Source of the DNA: Candidatus Dojkabacteria bacterium
GTDB taxonomy: Bacteria > Patescibacteriota > Dojkabacteria > J137
DNA length: 53,939 nt
Assembly: GCA_025993875.1 (NCBI GenBank)
Contig: JAMQHH010000009.1
Location: 1-53,939 of the forward strand
Direction: 5' to 3'
Positions 16,249-25,216 of the stretch are shown in pieces. The notes beneath the pieces are model-generated. The model did not search any database. It was not told the origin of the DNA and saw only the letters and a list, made by a program, of their open reading frames with translations. Every line of letters starts with the position of its first letter. Position 1 is the first letter of the stretch. Both the position numbers and the translations under genes were made by a program.

Positions 16249-17697
16249 TTATTCTTTATCCTTAAACTTTTTATTCCACCTTTTTTCACTTTTATTAAGA
16301 AGTTTTTCGGCACGCCTTTGTGATCTTTCTTTCGGAAGTTCTTTTATTTTTATTTTATAAAAACTAACCGAATTTACGACCTCGCCAAATGCCTTAACAA
16401 TGTTCCCTGCAAATAGCTGATATCGATATTCTACAATTCCTGCAATTATAAGTAAAAAGCCCAGTAAAACTATCCCGCTCTTTTCGTCGTCAAATAACCC
16501 TGTTTCGGGTAGCCCGCTTGGTGTTGGAGTTGATGCCGGCAAACACTGTTCAGAAGAGGTATTGCTTTGCAACCTACACCTTCCGTTAAAACAGATATGG
16601 CCCGATCCTGTACATAGTTTTGTAACTCCATCGCAAACTTCATTGCATCCCACGCTTGCTGAACATGATCCGCCCACGGCTGCAGCACACCCATTAGCTG
16701 TTGAGCTTGTTCCTGCCGGGCATGCCGTTCCCGTTACCACCAAAGGTTCGCAAGTATCTCCATCCGATTGTAAGTCGCTACATCTGTAGCATGTTATTAC
16801 ATTTGTGCAGGATCCTCCTGCAGCATTTGCACAACCATTTGAGCTTTCACTTGTGCCGGCAGGGCATGTAGAAGAATTCACTGTAAAGGCCTCGCATAAA
16901 TCGCTATCGTTTGTTGCCGTTGTACATCTGTAACATGTTTTTTGAACGGCGCATGCTCCGTTCGAACCTGTTTGTCCGCAAGATGATGAAGAGGAAACAT
17001 AACCTGCAGGGCAGCTTGTTCCGCTAAATGTTTCTGGTGTTGTACAGGTTGCACCATCTGTTAGGATATCAGTACATTTATGGCACGAAACAGTTTCTTC
17101 GACTACCGGGCAATCTCCGGAATACTGCGCACTGCCACCTGACCCAGTGTATCCCTGTCCACTGATAGTGTCTACTTGAACACATCTTCCGCATCCACTT
17201 CCTAAATTTCTTGGATCGTACGTCCCATTCCCCAAACTAATAGTGGTTTTATTGGCAGTTGTTGGTATACACTGCGAATCTGTGGTGCCAGCTGATACGT
17301 GTTTATAAAACAGTTCAAAAGAAACTGCAGAATCGCAGTTTGAAATAGTAAATGATCCTGTGTTAGATGCAAATTGCACTGAACAGCCTGTTACAGTAGG
17401 AGGAGGTGCTATTGCATTTAAAGGCTGGACATAACATTCTTTAATTGATCCACACGCAGTGCTATCTCTAACCTGCCATGTTCCACTACAGCCCCCAGCT
17501 AAAGCTCCTACAGGGCAAGTCCCTGGATTTGATGCATTTCCTGGATTAGCACAAAAAGATCCGCATGCATTTGCACTGGAGTCTTCGGGTGCTTGATCCT
17601 GAGTTATTCTTATCCCAATTACAACCGCAACCGCACCAAGTACTAGGGTTAGTACTGCAACAAAGACTAAAAAAATCCTGCGAGATCTACTTTTCAT
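16249..17697 (-). CDS. Cys-rich surface protein with three ~45 aa repeats and an LPXTG-like C-terminal sorting signal
   Basis: N-terminal TM plus APEDSSA, three CxxC...C...CPAG...C...C repeats (16663..17085), then LPETG (16498..16512), a hydrophobic segment and a basic tail. Confidence 0.75.
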   Translation of the reverse strand: MKSRSRRIFLVFVAVLTLVLGAVAVVIGIRITQDQAPEDSSANACGSFCANPGNASNPGTCPVGALAGGCSGTWQVRDSTACGSIKECYVQPLNAIAPPPTVTGCSVQFASNTGSFTISNCDSAVSFELFYKHVSAGTTDSQCIPTTANKTTISLGNGTYDPRNLGSGCGRCVQVDTISGQGYTGSGGSAQYSGDCPVVEETVSCHKCTDILTDGATCTTPETFSGTSCPAGYVSSSSSCGQTGSNGACAVQKTCYRCTTATNDSDLCEAFTVNSSTCPAGTSESSNGCANAAGGSCTNVITCYRCSDLQSDGDTCEPLVVTGTACPAGTSSTANGCAAAVGGSCSASVGCNEVCDGVTKLCTGSGHICFNGRCRLQSNTSSEQCLPASTPTPSGLPETGLFDDEKSGIVLLGFLLIIAGIVEYRYQLFAGNIVKAFGEVVNSVSFYKIKIKELPKERSQRRAEKLLNKSEKRWNKKFKDKE

Positions 17698-17833
17698 GAT
17701 TATTTTGTGATTTTGTTTACTTTTTAGTATAAATGAATAAAATAAGATGTCAAATGCAATGCTTTAGAATACCTAAAGTACTCCTTAAGTAATTATTTGA
17801 TAAAAACGGAATATTTTTTTTACAAATTTTCAC

Positions 17834-17863
17834 TTGACACACAAAATTTAGCAGCGATATACT
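17834..17863 (+). promoter_or_regulatory. dnaK sigma70 promoter
   Basis: TTGACA (17834..17839), 18 nt spacer, TATACT (17858..17863). Confidence 0.7.
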
Positions 17864-17874
17864 TAGAGTGCTAA
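17848..17874 (+). promoter_or_regulatory. CIRCE element (HrcA operator)
   Basis: TTAGCAGCG-N9-GAGTGCTAA versus consensus TTAGCACTC-N9-GAGTGCTAA. It overlaps the -10 box, and hrcA is in the window. Confidence 0.85.
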
Positions 17875-17898
17875 ATATTAAATTTTAAAACTATTTTT

Positions 17899-19806
17899 AT
17901 GGCAAAAGTTGTAGGTATAGATTTAGGAACTACTAATTCTGTTGTTGCATTTGTGCAAGCAGGAAAGCCCGAAGTAATAACTTCTAAAGAGGGGTCGAGA
18001 CTTATCCCCTCTGTTGTTGCTGTCGATAACACATCAGAAATTGTCGGAATAACTGCAAAAAATCAGATGGTAACAAATCCCGAGCAGACATTTTACTCAA
18101 TTAAAAGGCTTATCGGCAGACGGTTTGACGATGTCGAAGTGCAAAAAGATGTTGATCTTTTACCGTTTAAAATTAGAAAAAGTGCAAAAGATGGAGTAGA
18201 AATTCAGTTTGGTAACGACTGGGTAGCACCCGAAGTTATTTCGGCAAAAGTTTTAGCAAAAATTAAATCGGACGCCGAAGCATACCTCGGGGACACAATA
18301 AAACAGGCGGTAATTACCGTTCCGGCTTATTTTGACGATTCTCAAAGGCAAGCAACTAAAAACGCAGGGCAAATAGCCGGACTGGAAGTTTTAAGAATAA
18401 TTAACGAGCCGACTGCTGCTGCAATCGCTTACGGACTGGACAAAAAAAACGATCAGACAATTGCGGTCTACGACCTCGGCGGAGGTACATTCGATATTTC
18501 GATTTTAGAGATAGGCGACGGTGTATACGAGGTTAAGTCCACTGCTGGAGATACTCATTTAGGAGGAGACGATTTTGACCAGGTTTTAATCGATTACTTT
18601 ATCTCTGAGTTTAAAAAAGAACAGGGAATTGATTTAAAAGAAGATGCAGCTGCTTTACAAAGATTAAAAGAAGCAGCCGAAAAAGCTAAAATTACTCTTT
18701 CTTCGAGCGAAACGGCTGATGTAAATTTGCCATATATAACGGCAGATGCAAGAGGTCCAAAACATTTTCGAAAACAACTTACAAAATCCGAATACGAAAA
18801 AATGGTAATGAGTTTAGTCGACAGAACCTTTGATTCTGTTGCCAAAGCGATAAAAGATGCAGGGGTAGATAAATCTAAAATTGATGAGATTATAATGGTA
18901 GGCGGAATGACTCGGATGCCGCTTGTACAAAAGAAAGTAGAAGAGTTTTTCGGGAAAAAAGGTAACCAGTCGGTAAACCCCGACGAAGTTGTAGCGGTAG
19001 GAGCAGCTGTTCAGGGAGCTGTTTTATCGGGAGATAGTTCTGTGCAGGATATAACTTTACTGGATGTAACTCCGCTTTCTTTAGGAATAGAGGTTAATAT
19101 GGGAGAGATGCATGTTTTAATTCCCAGAAATACAACCATTCCAAACGAAAAAACCGAAGATATGTTTACAACAGCAGTAGATAACCAACCTGCCATCGAT
19201 ATAAAAGTTTTACAAGGTGAAAGACCTTTAGCTAAAGATAACAAAATCTTAGGAACATTTAGACTGGATGGACTCCCCCCCGCACCAAGAGGCACTCCAA
19301 GATTTTCGATAACATTTAAATTGGATGCAAACGGAATTTTAAGCGTAAAAGCAAAAGACCTGGGAACTCAAAAAGAGCAATCTATTACAATAACAGCTTC
19401 TACTCACATGGATAAATCCGAGATAGAGAAATTTGTAAAAGAAGCAGAGATGAATGCAGAAAAAGATAAAAAAGAAGCAGAATCTTTAAAAGTTAGAAAC
19501 GAGGCAGATACACTTACATATCAAATTGAAAAGTTTTTAAAGGATGATGGCGATAAAGTAAGTGCCGAGCATAAAACTTCGCTTGAAGAAAAATCCAAGG
19601 AGTTAAAAGAGCTTTTGGCAAAGTCGGAAATCGATGTTGAAGGTGTAAAAGCCAAAACAGAGGAACTATTAAAAGTATTCCAGGAAGCTGGTGCAAAAAT
19701 TTACGAAAATGCTGCAAAACAAGCACCACAAACGGAAAATTCCGATAATACAAATAAACAAAATGATGAAGAGGAAAAACCTGTAGAGGGAGAAGTTGTA
19801 GGATAG
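17899..19806 (+). CDS. dnaK: Chaperone DnaK (Hsp70)
   Basis: GIDLGTTNS, TVPAYFDDSQRQAT, VYDLGGGTFD and DVTPLSLG. Confidence 0.99.
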   Translation: MAKVVGIDLGTTNSVVAFVQAGKPEVITSKEGSRLIPSVVAVDNTSEIVGITAKNQMVTNPEQTFYSIKRLIGRRFDDVEVQKDVDLLPFKIRKSAKDGVEIQFGNDWVAPEVISAKVLAKIKSDAEAYLGDTIKQAVITVPAYFDDSQRQATKNAGQIAGLEVLRIINEPTAAAIAYGLDKKNDQTIAVYDLGGGTFDISILEIGDGVYEVKSTAGDTHLGGDDFDQVLIDYFISEFKKEQGIDLKEDAAALQRLKEAAEKAKITLSSSETADVNLPYITADARGPKHFRKQLTKSEYEKMVMSLVDRTFDSVAKAIKDAGVDKSKIDEIIMVGGMTRMPLVQKKVEEFFGKKGNQSVNPDEVVAVGAAVQGAVLSGDSSVQDITLLDVTPLSLGIEVNMGEMHVLIPRNTTIPNEKTEDMFTTAVDNQPAIDIKVLQGERPLAKDNKILGTFRLDGLPPAPRGTPRFSITFKLDANGILSVKAKDLGTQKEQSITITASTHMDKSEIEKFVKEAEMNAEKDKKEAESLKVRNEADTLTYQIEKFLKDDGDKVSAEHKTSLEEKSKELKELLAKSEIDVEGVKAKTEELLKVFQEAGAKIYENAAKQAPQTENSDNTNKQNDEEEKPVEGEVVG

Positions 19807-20477
19807 GGTTTTGGAGGAAAAGAAAGTAAGCAGGAAGTCTTTGGAAATACAAGTACCAGTAAAACTGGTTGCACCAGTAGTTAGTAGTTTGAAAACAATA
19901 TCCACTGGGTATATCCTACAGCAAAGACATTTGGTTATTTGCAAAAATCCTAATGTAATCTCGAAAAAGGGGAAGTTCAAGCTACTTAAGAAATTGCTAG
20001 CCGGTTTTATTGAAAAAATACTAGAAAACATCAAGCCTAAGATTTTAATTTACATGGCACTATCCGAAAACTCCTTTTTTAGCGCATCCAATAGGTGTGT
20101 ATTATCTAAAAGAGCTCTTATATTCAAGCGCAATCATTTCCTGTCTGTACCTGTATCTATTGTTATGAGTTTCTAAAGTTTTACGTATTCCTTACAAAAT
20201 GCTGCATATAATAAGTTGAATCTCACATCTATTTCAATATGAATTTTAGCCTTGCTTATTAGTGCAGGCATTGCATAAAGGATCTGGTTCAAGGTTGGCA
20301 TCAATCCATAATTCATCAAAAACTCTTTTTAACACTCTCATCCAGGCGCTATAAAGATTATGAAAATATAATTGCTGATTTTATAGCTATGTAACTATAG
20401 GAAGCACCTTCCTTATTTAGATATTTTAATTTTCCACCCAAGGATGAATTGTTTTTATGTTGCCGTTAATCAGATCT

Positions 20478-20550
20478 AGCCAACAATGGGAATCGAACCC
20501 ATAACCTACGGTTTACGATACCGTTGCTCTACCAATTGAGCTATGTTGGC
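20478..20550 (-). tRNA. tRNA-Thr(CGU), no encoded CCA
   Basis: GCCAACA/TGTTGGC acceptor stem, D-arm AGCTCAATTGGTAGAGC, anticodon stem ACGGT/ACCGT with loop ATCGTAA, T-loop GGTTCGATTCC. Confidence 0.95.
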
Positions 20551-20678
20551 AAAGTGCCCTATAAAATTATACACCAAAAAATTCTTATTTACTGCAAAGC
20601 ATTTTAAAATGTTTTCTTGATAATTTAAAAAATTAATGTATTATTTACGTAACAATTACAATTTTTAAAATTTTTAAT

Positions 20679-21725
20679 ATGTATCAACCCGAAATAATAT
20701 ATACCGATAAGCTTGTAAATAATTTAATTAAGCTCGAAAATCTTAGAACATCACTTGCTATGGCAGATTTATCGTATAACGTAAAGCATAAAATTGGCCA
20801 GCGGATAAAGGCACAAGATCTTTTTCATTTTTCCCACACAATTGGAGTAGATCTAACACTAAAAGAAGCAGAGAGAATTTCGATGGGAAGTAATCCCGAG
20901 GAGGTTAAAGACGAAAGAAACTACATAATCAAAAACTTTAGAAATGTTTTGGAATTTAATCGATCAAATATTGCCGATACCTACGGAGAATTTGATTCGA
21001 CAATTCTTCTACATCTTAACAAACTGGCTATTGCCAGCTGGAGGGAAAGCTGGGAATCAAGATATAGAAGAGCAGGTGACACAATAAAAGACCAGTTTGA
21101 TAACTGGAAGTCACTTAGAGATCAAACTGTTGCCGAAGTAAAAGTAGAATCCGAAATCTTCAATCTTGTTGAATGGTACAAATCAGTTACCCCCACCGTA
21201 CCTGCTGTTGTAAGAATAGCTCTAGCAATTTACAGGCTTGTTGAACTTTCACCTTTTGCTGTAGGAAATAAATTTTCTATAATGGCAATTGGAGACTATC
21301 TTTTTATAAAGAATGGACTTTCTGCTAAAGCTTACAGCTCCTTTGTAAAGATTATCGATCAGGAGAATGGAACTTTAATCAATGCTTTTGAGTTTTCCGT
21401 CAAAGAAAATTCGGTAACTTACTGGCTCGAATTCTTTAGCGGATGTATAATTAAAGATCTTTTGAACGCTAAAGAAAAGATTAATGAGTACATTGCAGAA
21501 GACGAAAAGTCACAAAAACAGCCATTTTTGGACTTAAATAAAAGGCAGTTAAAAGTTCTTAGATACTTACAAAGTGTACCAACAATAAAAAGAGAAGATT
21601 ATTGCCATATGATGGAATGTTCTACCATGACGGCATTTAGAGACTTAAACGATCTGGTTAGAAAAAAATTGTTAAAAGTAGATGGAATAGGCAGGGGAAC
21701 AAAATACCGGCTAACCAGTGCTTAA
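20679..21725 (+). CDS. Fic-like protein with degenerate active site and C-terminal wHTH
   Basis: Overall Fic architecture. SPFAVGNKFS stands in place of HPFxDGNGR, and LNKRQLKVL..TAFRDLNDLV..G.GRGTKY is a DeoR-type HTH. Confidence 0.7.
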   Translation: MYQPEIIYTDKLVNNLIKLENLRTSLAMADLSYNVKHKIGQRIKAQDLFHFSHTIGVDLTLKEAERISMGSNPEEVKDERNYIIKNFRNVLEFNRSNIADTYGEFDSTILLHLNKLAIASWRESWESRYRRAGDTIKDQFDNWKSLRDQTVAEVKVESEIFNLVEWYKSVTPTVPAVVRIALAIYRLVELSPFAVGNKFSIMAIGDYLFIKNGLSAKAYSSFVKIIDQENGTLINAFEFSVKENSVTYWLEFFSGCIIKDLLNAKEKINEYIAEDEKSQKQPFLDLNKRQLKVLRYLQSVPTIKREDYCHMMECSTMTAFRDLNDLVRKKLLKVDGIGRGTKYRLTSA

Positions 21726-21748
21726 TTAATATTTTTAGTTTAAACACA

Positions 21749-23041
21749 ATGAATAAACACGGGAATTTATTAACCAAAATTGCGATAGTGGCATTTCTTT
21801 TACTTGGCTACCTGGCTTTACCGCAGTTTTCAGTTAAAATTGGAGAAAGTACAATCGATGTTACCGGATTAAATTTAAAATTGCTGTTTAAAGATTCAAA
21901 CCTGGGGGACTTTAGAAGGGGGGAAGGAATTTTCTCTACAGTTATAAAAACAGTAAAGGTAAATGTTGATTTAACCGGCGATACTAATTCTCAGTTTGAA
22001 TCATTTTTAAAAAGTGTAAAGGAAAGAATTGATTATTCGGGACTTTATCAAATAGGGGTTGAAGGAAAAATTGTTGGGGACGAATACTTTGTTTTACTAA
22101 AATTCCCCGAATACTATTCGGAGGTCGAGTATATCTCTAATCTTCTTTTGGCTCCGGGCAATATCTCTTTTAGCCCAGATCCGAGAACCGAAGAAAACTC
22201 TACCGAGACAGAACCAAAGGAGCCAGTAAGTTTAAAAGATTACGATATTGAAGGTAGTATCAATTCCGACTACCTGGATCAACTTAATGGTGTTCCAATT
22301 GGTAATCATTTAGTTTTTAAGTTTAAAGATTCGGCACTGGAAGAATTTAACAAAGTGATGTTAAACAACAGCGGTTTAATAATAATGAATATCGACTCTT
22401 TGCCCTCATATTCAATTATAAGACACGATTCACAATCCGAGTACGTTCGTGCTATTCCGAACAATTTTTTTTCTGATAATAATCAAAAAATTATTTACCT
22501 TAACATTACCAAAACATATTTTTTAAGCAAAACCCCTTTAACATTATCCATCCAACCGGTAGAGGGAACACAAACGATCGCACCGGTTTACGGTAGAGAT
22601 GGAGCAACATTTATTGCAGTATCTTTTATTATAACTGCTGCATTATTAGCCATTGTCATTTTAGTAAAACGTAACTTAGCTTATGCGATATCATTTACAT
22701 TAATGGCCGGTACATACATTTTTTTAAATGTTGTTATATTAAAACTCTTTGGAGCAACATTATCGATTTATACTGTTACGGGATTTATTGCTATCTATCT
22801 TCTGGGAGTATTTAATGCGGTTGAGTTGCTGGAAAAAACTGACCTGACCACTAAAGAGAAGCTGTGGCAATTTAGAAGCATTGGCTTATTTATTTTGGTT
22901 TTAGCAGCAGCTTTGTTCCAGCTTACCAACATTAGCTGGGCTTACGATATATTATCAGTTCTTTTGGTTGGAGGCTTTTCTCTTTTAGTAGTTAATTCGC
23001 TAAATTTTAAAGCACTAGTTAAAATATATTTAAATAAGTAA
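21749..23041 (+). CDS. secD: Divergent SecD-like membrane protein
   Basis: One N-terminal TM, a large extracytoplasmic domain (KERIDYSGL..IGVEG..LLKFP..LLAPGNISF), and 5 C-terminal TMs; paired with a SecF-like gene. Confidence 0.55.
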   Translation: MNKHGNLLTKIAIVAFLLLGYLALPQFSVKIGESTIDVTGLNLKLLFKDSNLGDFRRGEGIFSTVIKTVKVNVDLTGDTNSQFESFLKSVKERIDYSGLYQIGVEGKIVGDEYFVLLKFPEYYSEVEYISNLLLAPGNISFSPDPRTEENSTETEPKEPVSLKDYDIEGSINSDYLDQLNGVPIGNHLVFKFKDSALEEFNKVMLNNSGLIIMNIDSLPSYSIIRHDSQSEYVRAIPNNFFSDNNQKIIYLNITKTYFLSKTPLTLSIQPVEGTQTIAPVYGRDGATFIAVSFIITAALLAIVILVKRNLAYAISFTLMAGTYIFLNVVILKLFGATLSIYTVTGFIAIYLLGVFNAVELLEKTDLTTKEKLWQFRSIGLFILVLAAALFQLTNISWAYDILSVLLVGGFSLLVVNSLNFKALVKIYLNK

Positions 23042-23045
23042 GAAT

Positions 23046-24047
23046 ATGAAATTAAAAAAAATACATTTTACGGATTTACTTTTTGCGGGCATAGTATTGG
23101 TCGGGATAATATCTCTTTCTTCAACATTTTTTTCAACACAATCTTTGCTACGTTACAGCGATTTAAAGGATGCTATTACACTAACGCTATCGGCCGAAAC
23201 AGAAAATGCACAATCCCTTTTAGATAAGCTATCAACGCTCCCCAATGTGTCCAAAATAAACCGTGACGATAAAACAGTGTATTTTCAAAACACATTAGAC
23301 ATTAATTATGTGTTCGAAAACGAAGAACTAAAAGAGTTAAGCAGCCAGGCAGTAATTGGAAAAATTATTACAGTAAATTCAGATACCTTGGTTAATACAA
23401 TATTTCTAGTTCTGGTGATAACTGCCACATTTATTACATTTGTATTTTTTTATGTAATAAGACTCTCATCCTTATTTACCTGGGGACTAACATACAGTAT
23501 TTTTAGGATTTACTTTGCCTCTCTTTTTTACATTATTATACTAAGCGGATCACTACTTTCCATTTTATCTAATATCTATAGCATAAAAATTATCGAAATA
23601 ATTTTATTTTTAGTGCCTGTTATTTTCTTTAATCTTATTTTTTTACATTCAGTTAACCGCCTAAAGTTTTCGGTCGAAGTAAGCAAAGAGCTTATTTTAG
23701 GGCAAATTACTAAAACTTATTTTAAAAGTTTTTCCAGAATTTACAAAATTTTTGTTCCTGTAATTGTAGTAATAGCCTTTGCTCTTGGAGTTAATTTTGT
23801 AATCACAGCAGGCATTTTTTTAGGAAGTTTATATTTTGCACTAAAATCTCCCGAACTGGTTTTACAAAGTTTTGCTTTACTAAAAAATTCAGTCGATTAT
23901 GTTAAAACAATTAGTGAAAAAAGAGGAAAAAGTAATATGCCTGTAAAAACTTCGACTGCAAAAATTTTAGTAAACAAAAACCAGCCTAAAAAGAAAAAGT
24001 CTAAAGCTAAAAAAACTTCTAAGAGGAAGAAACAGGTAAAAAGATAA
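23046..24047 (+). CDS. secF: Divergent SecF-like membrane protein
   Basis: TM1, a small soluble domain, ~5 TMs including FSRI (SecF SRT-like), and a basic tail; directly after the secD-like gene. Confidence 0.5.
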   Translation: MKLKKIHFTDLLFAGIVLVGIISLSSTFFSTQSLLRYSDLKDAITLTLSAETENAQSLLDKLSTLPNVSKINRDDKTVYFQNTLDINYVFENEELKELSSQAVIGKIITVNSDTLVNTIFLVLVITATFITFVFFYVIRLSSLFTWGLTYSIFRIYFASLFYIIILSGSLLSILSNIYSIKIIEIILFLVPVIFFNLIFLHSVNRLKFSVEVSKELILGQITKTYFKSFSRIYKIFVPVIVVIAFALGVNFVITAGIFLGSLYFALKSPELVLQSFALLKNSVDYVKTISEKRGKSNMPVKTSTAKILVNKNQPKKKKSKAKKTSKRKKQVKR

Positions 24048-24121
24048 GGTTTGTTTTTAGGTTACTAACAATTTCAGCTTCTCTTTGAAATTTTAAAAAT
24101 TTTTGATATTATTCTGCATAT

Positions 24122-24586
24122 TTGTTACCCGAATTTACCAACATGGGACGATATGGTGAGGATCCAGCTTCTAGGCCAGATGGTCACTTACATAGTGTAA
24201 ACGACCAAATACTTGGAATATGGCGTAATGAGAGAACATATTTATTTTCTCAAAATGATTTATCTGATCCAAAAAAAAGTGCAGTTCGGGTGTATACCTC
24301 TGGAGTAAATACACCCCAATTTATTGTTTTAAAAAGCGATCTTGAGCCAGAGGTTAAAGAAAGTGATCGAAAATTTTATCCCGCATTTATTTATGTTACA
24401 GAACTTTCTCCTTCCCAACAGGAAATTTTTCACGATAATACTATAGGTTTTTATTTTATATTTGAGAATAAAAAATATATAGTTAATTTTGACAAAATGG
24501 TAATTACCCCTCCGAAAAAAAGCAAAAAAAAATTACCAACGTATATTCCCGAAATGCCGCCGTTAACTTTCCAACTGGAACACTAA
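24122..24586 (+). CDS. Hypothetical protein
   Basis: 154 codon ORF filling the gap with protein-like composition. Start uncertain (TTG 24122 or ATG 24143). Confidence 0.5.
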   Translation: MLPEFTNMGRYGEDPASRPDGHLHSVNDQILGIWRNERTYLFSQNDLSDPKKSAVRVYTSGVNTPQFIVLKSDLEPEVKESDRKFYPAFIYVTELSPSQQEIFHDNTIGFYFIFENKKYIVNFDKMVITPPKKSKKKLPTYIPEMPPLTFQLEH

Positions 24587-24635
24587 GTTTTAAGTCTTTT
24601 ATTTTCGAAATACATCTTTAATTTACAATTTTTCC

Positions 24636-24696
24636 TTGACATCTCTAATACTTCTCTTTAATATATTTTTAGTGGAGATAAGTGGAAAAAAGTGGC
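24636..24696 (+). promoter_or_regulatory. mraZ/dcw promoter with three MraZ-box direct repeats
   Basis: TTGACA (24636)-17-TAATAT (24659). AGTGG recurs at 24671, 24681 and 24691 with a 10 bp period, as for known MraZ operators. Confidence 0.75.
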
Positions 24697-24776
24697 AAAT
24701 AATGTTAAATTCTTTGCAGGAATTTGGCTTTTAAATATTTTTACCTGGAAAAGCCTCTTTTCCTTCTTTCTACACT

Positions 24777-25211
24777 ATGTTTATAGGAGAGTATCCAACA
24801 CAGATTGGCGAAAAAAATCGAATCTCTTTGCCAAAAAAGCTTAGGGATAAGATGGAGGGCGGATTAATTATTGCCCGAGGTTACGAAAATTGCCTTTTAA
24901 TGCTGGATAACAAATCCTGGGAAAATCTTGTATCGGAAATAAATAAAAGGCCTTTACTCTCTTTAAATGTTCGGGATACCAAAAGATATATTTTGGGAGG
25001 AGCAACCGAGCTTGAACTAGACAATCAAGGTAGGTTTGTTCTGCCCGAGCCTTTAAAGGGCTTTGCGGGACTTAATAAAACAGTTATTTTTTTAGGTGTT
25101 GGGGAGTGGATAGAAATATGGGATTTTGAAAAATGGGAATCAAAACTTAAAAAACTTAGTTTGGAAGTTACAGATATTGCCGATAGATTAAGTAACAAAG
25201 GTGAACTTTAA
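24777..25211 (+). CDS. mraZ: Transcriptional regulator MraZ
   Basis: MFIGEY..KNRISLPKKLR, ELDNQGRFVLP and GVGEWIEIWD. Confidence 0.95.
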   Translation: MFIGEYPTQIGEKNRISLPKKLRDKMEGGLIIARGYENCLLMLDNKSWENLVSEINKRPLLSLNVRDTKRYILGGATELELDNQGRFVLPEPLKGFAGLNKTVIFLGVGEWIEIWDFEKWESKLKKLSLEVTDIADRLSNKGEL

Positions 25212-25216
25212 AAAAT

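Noticed and set aside
19811-20176. 121 aa + strand ORF as dnaJ or another real gene
   Set aside because: No HPD or J-domain motif, TTG start, no Asp or Trp; not called as a CDS.
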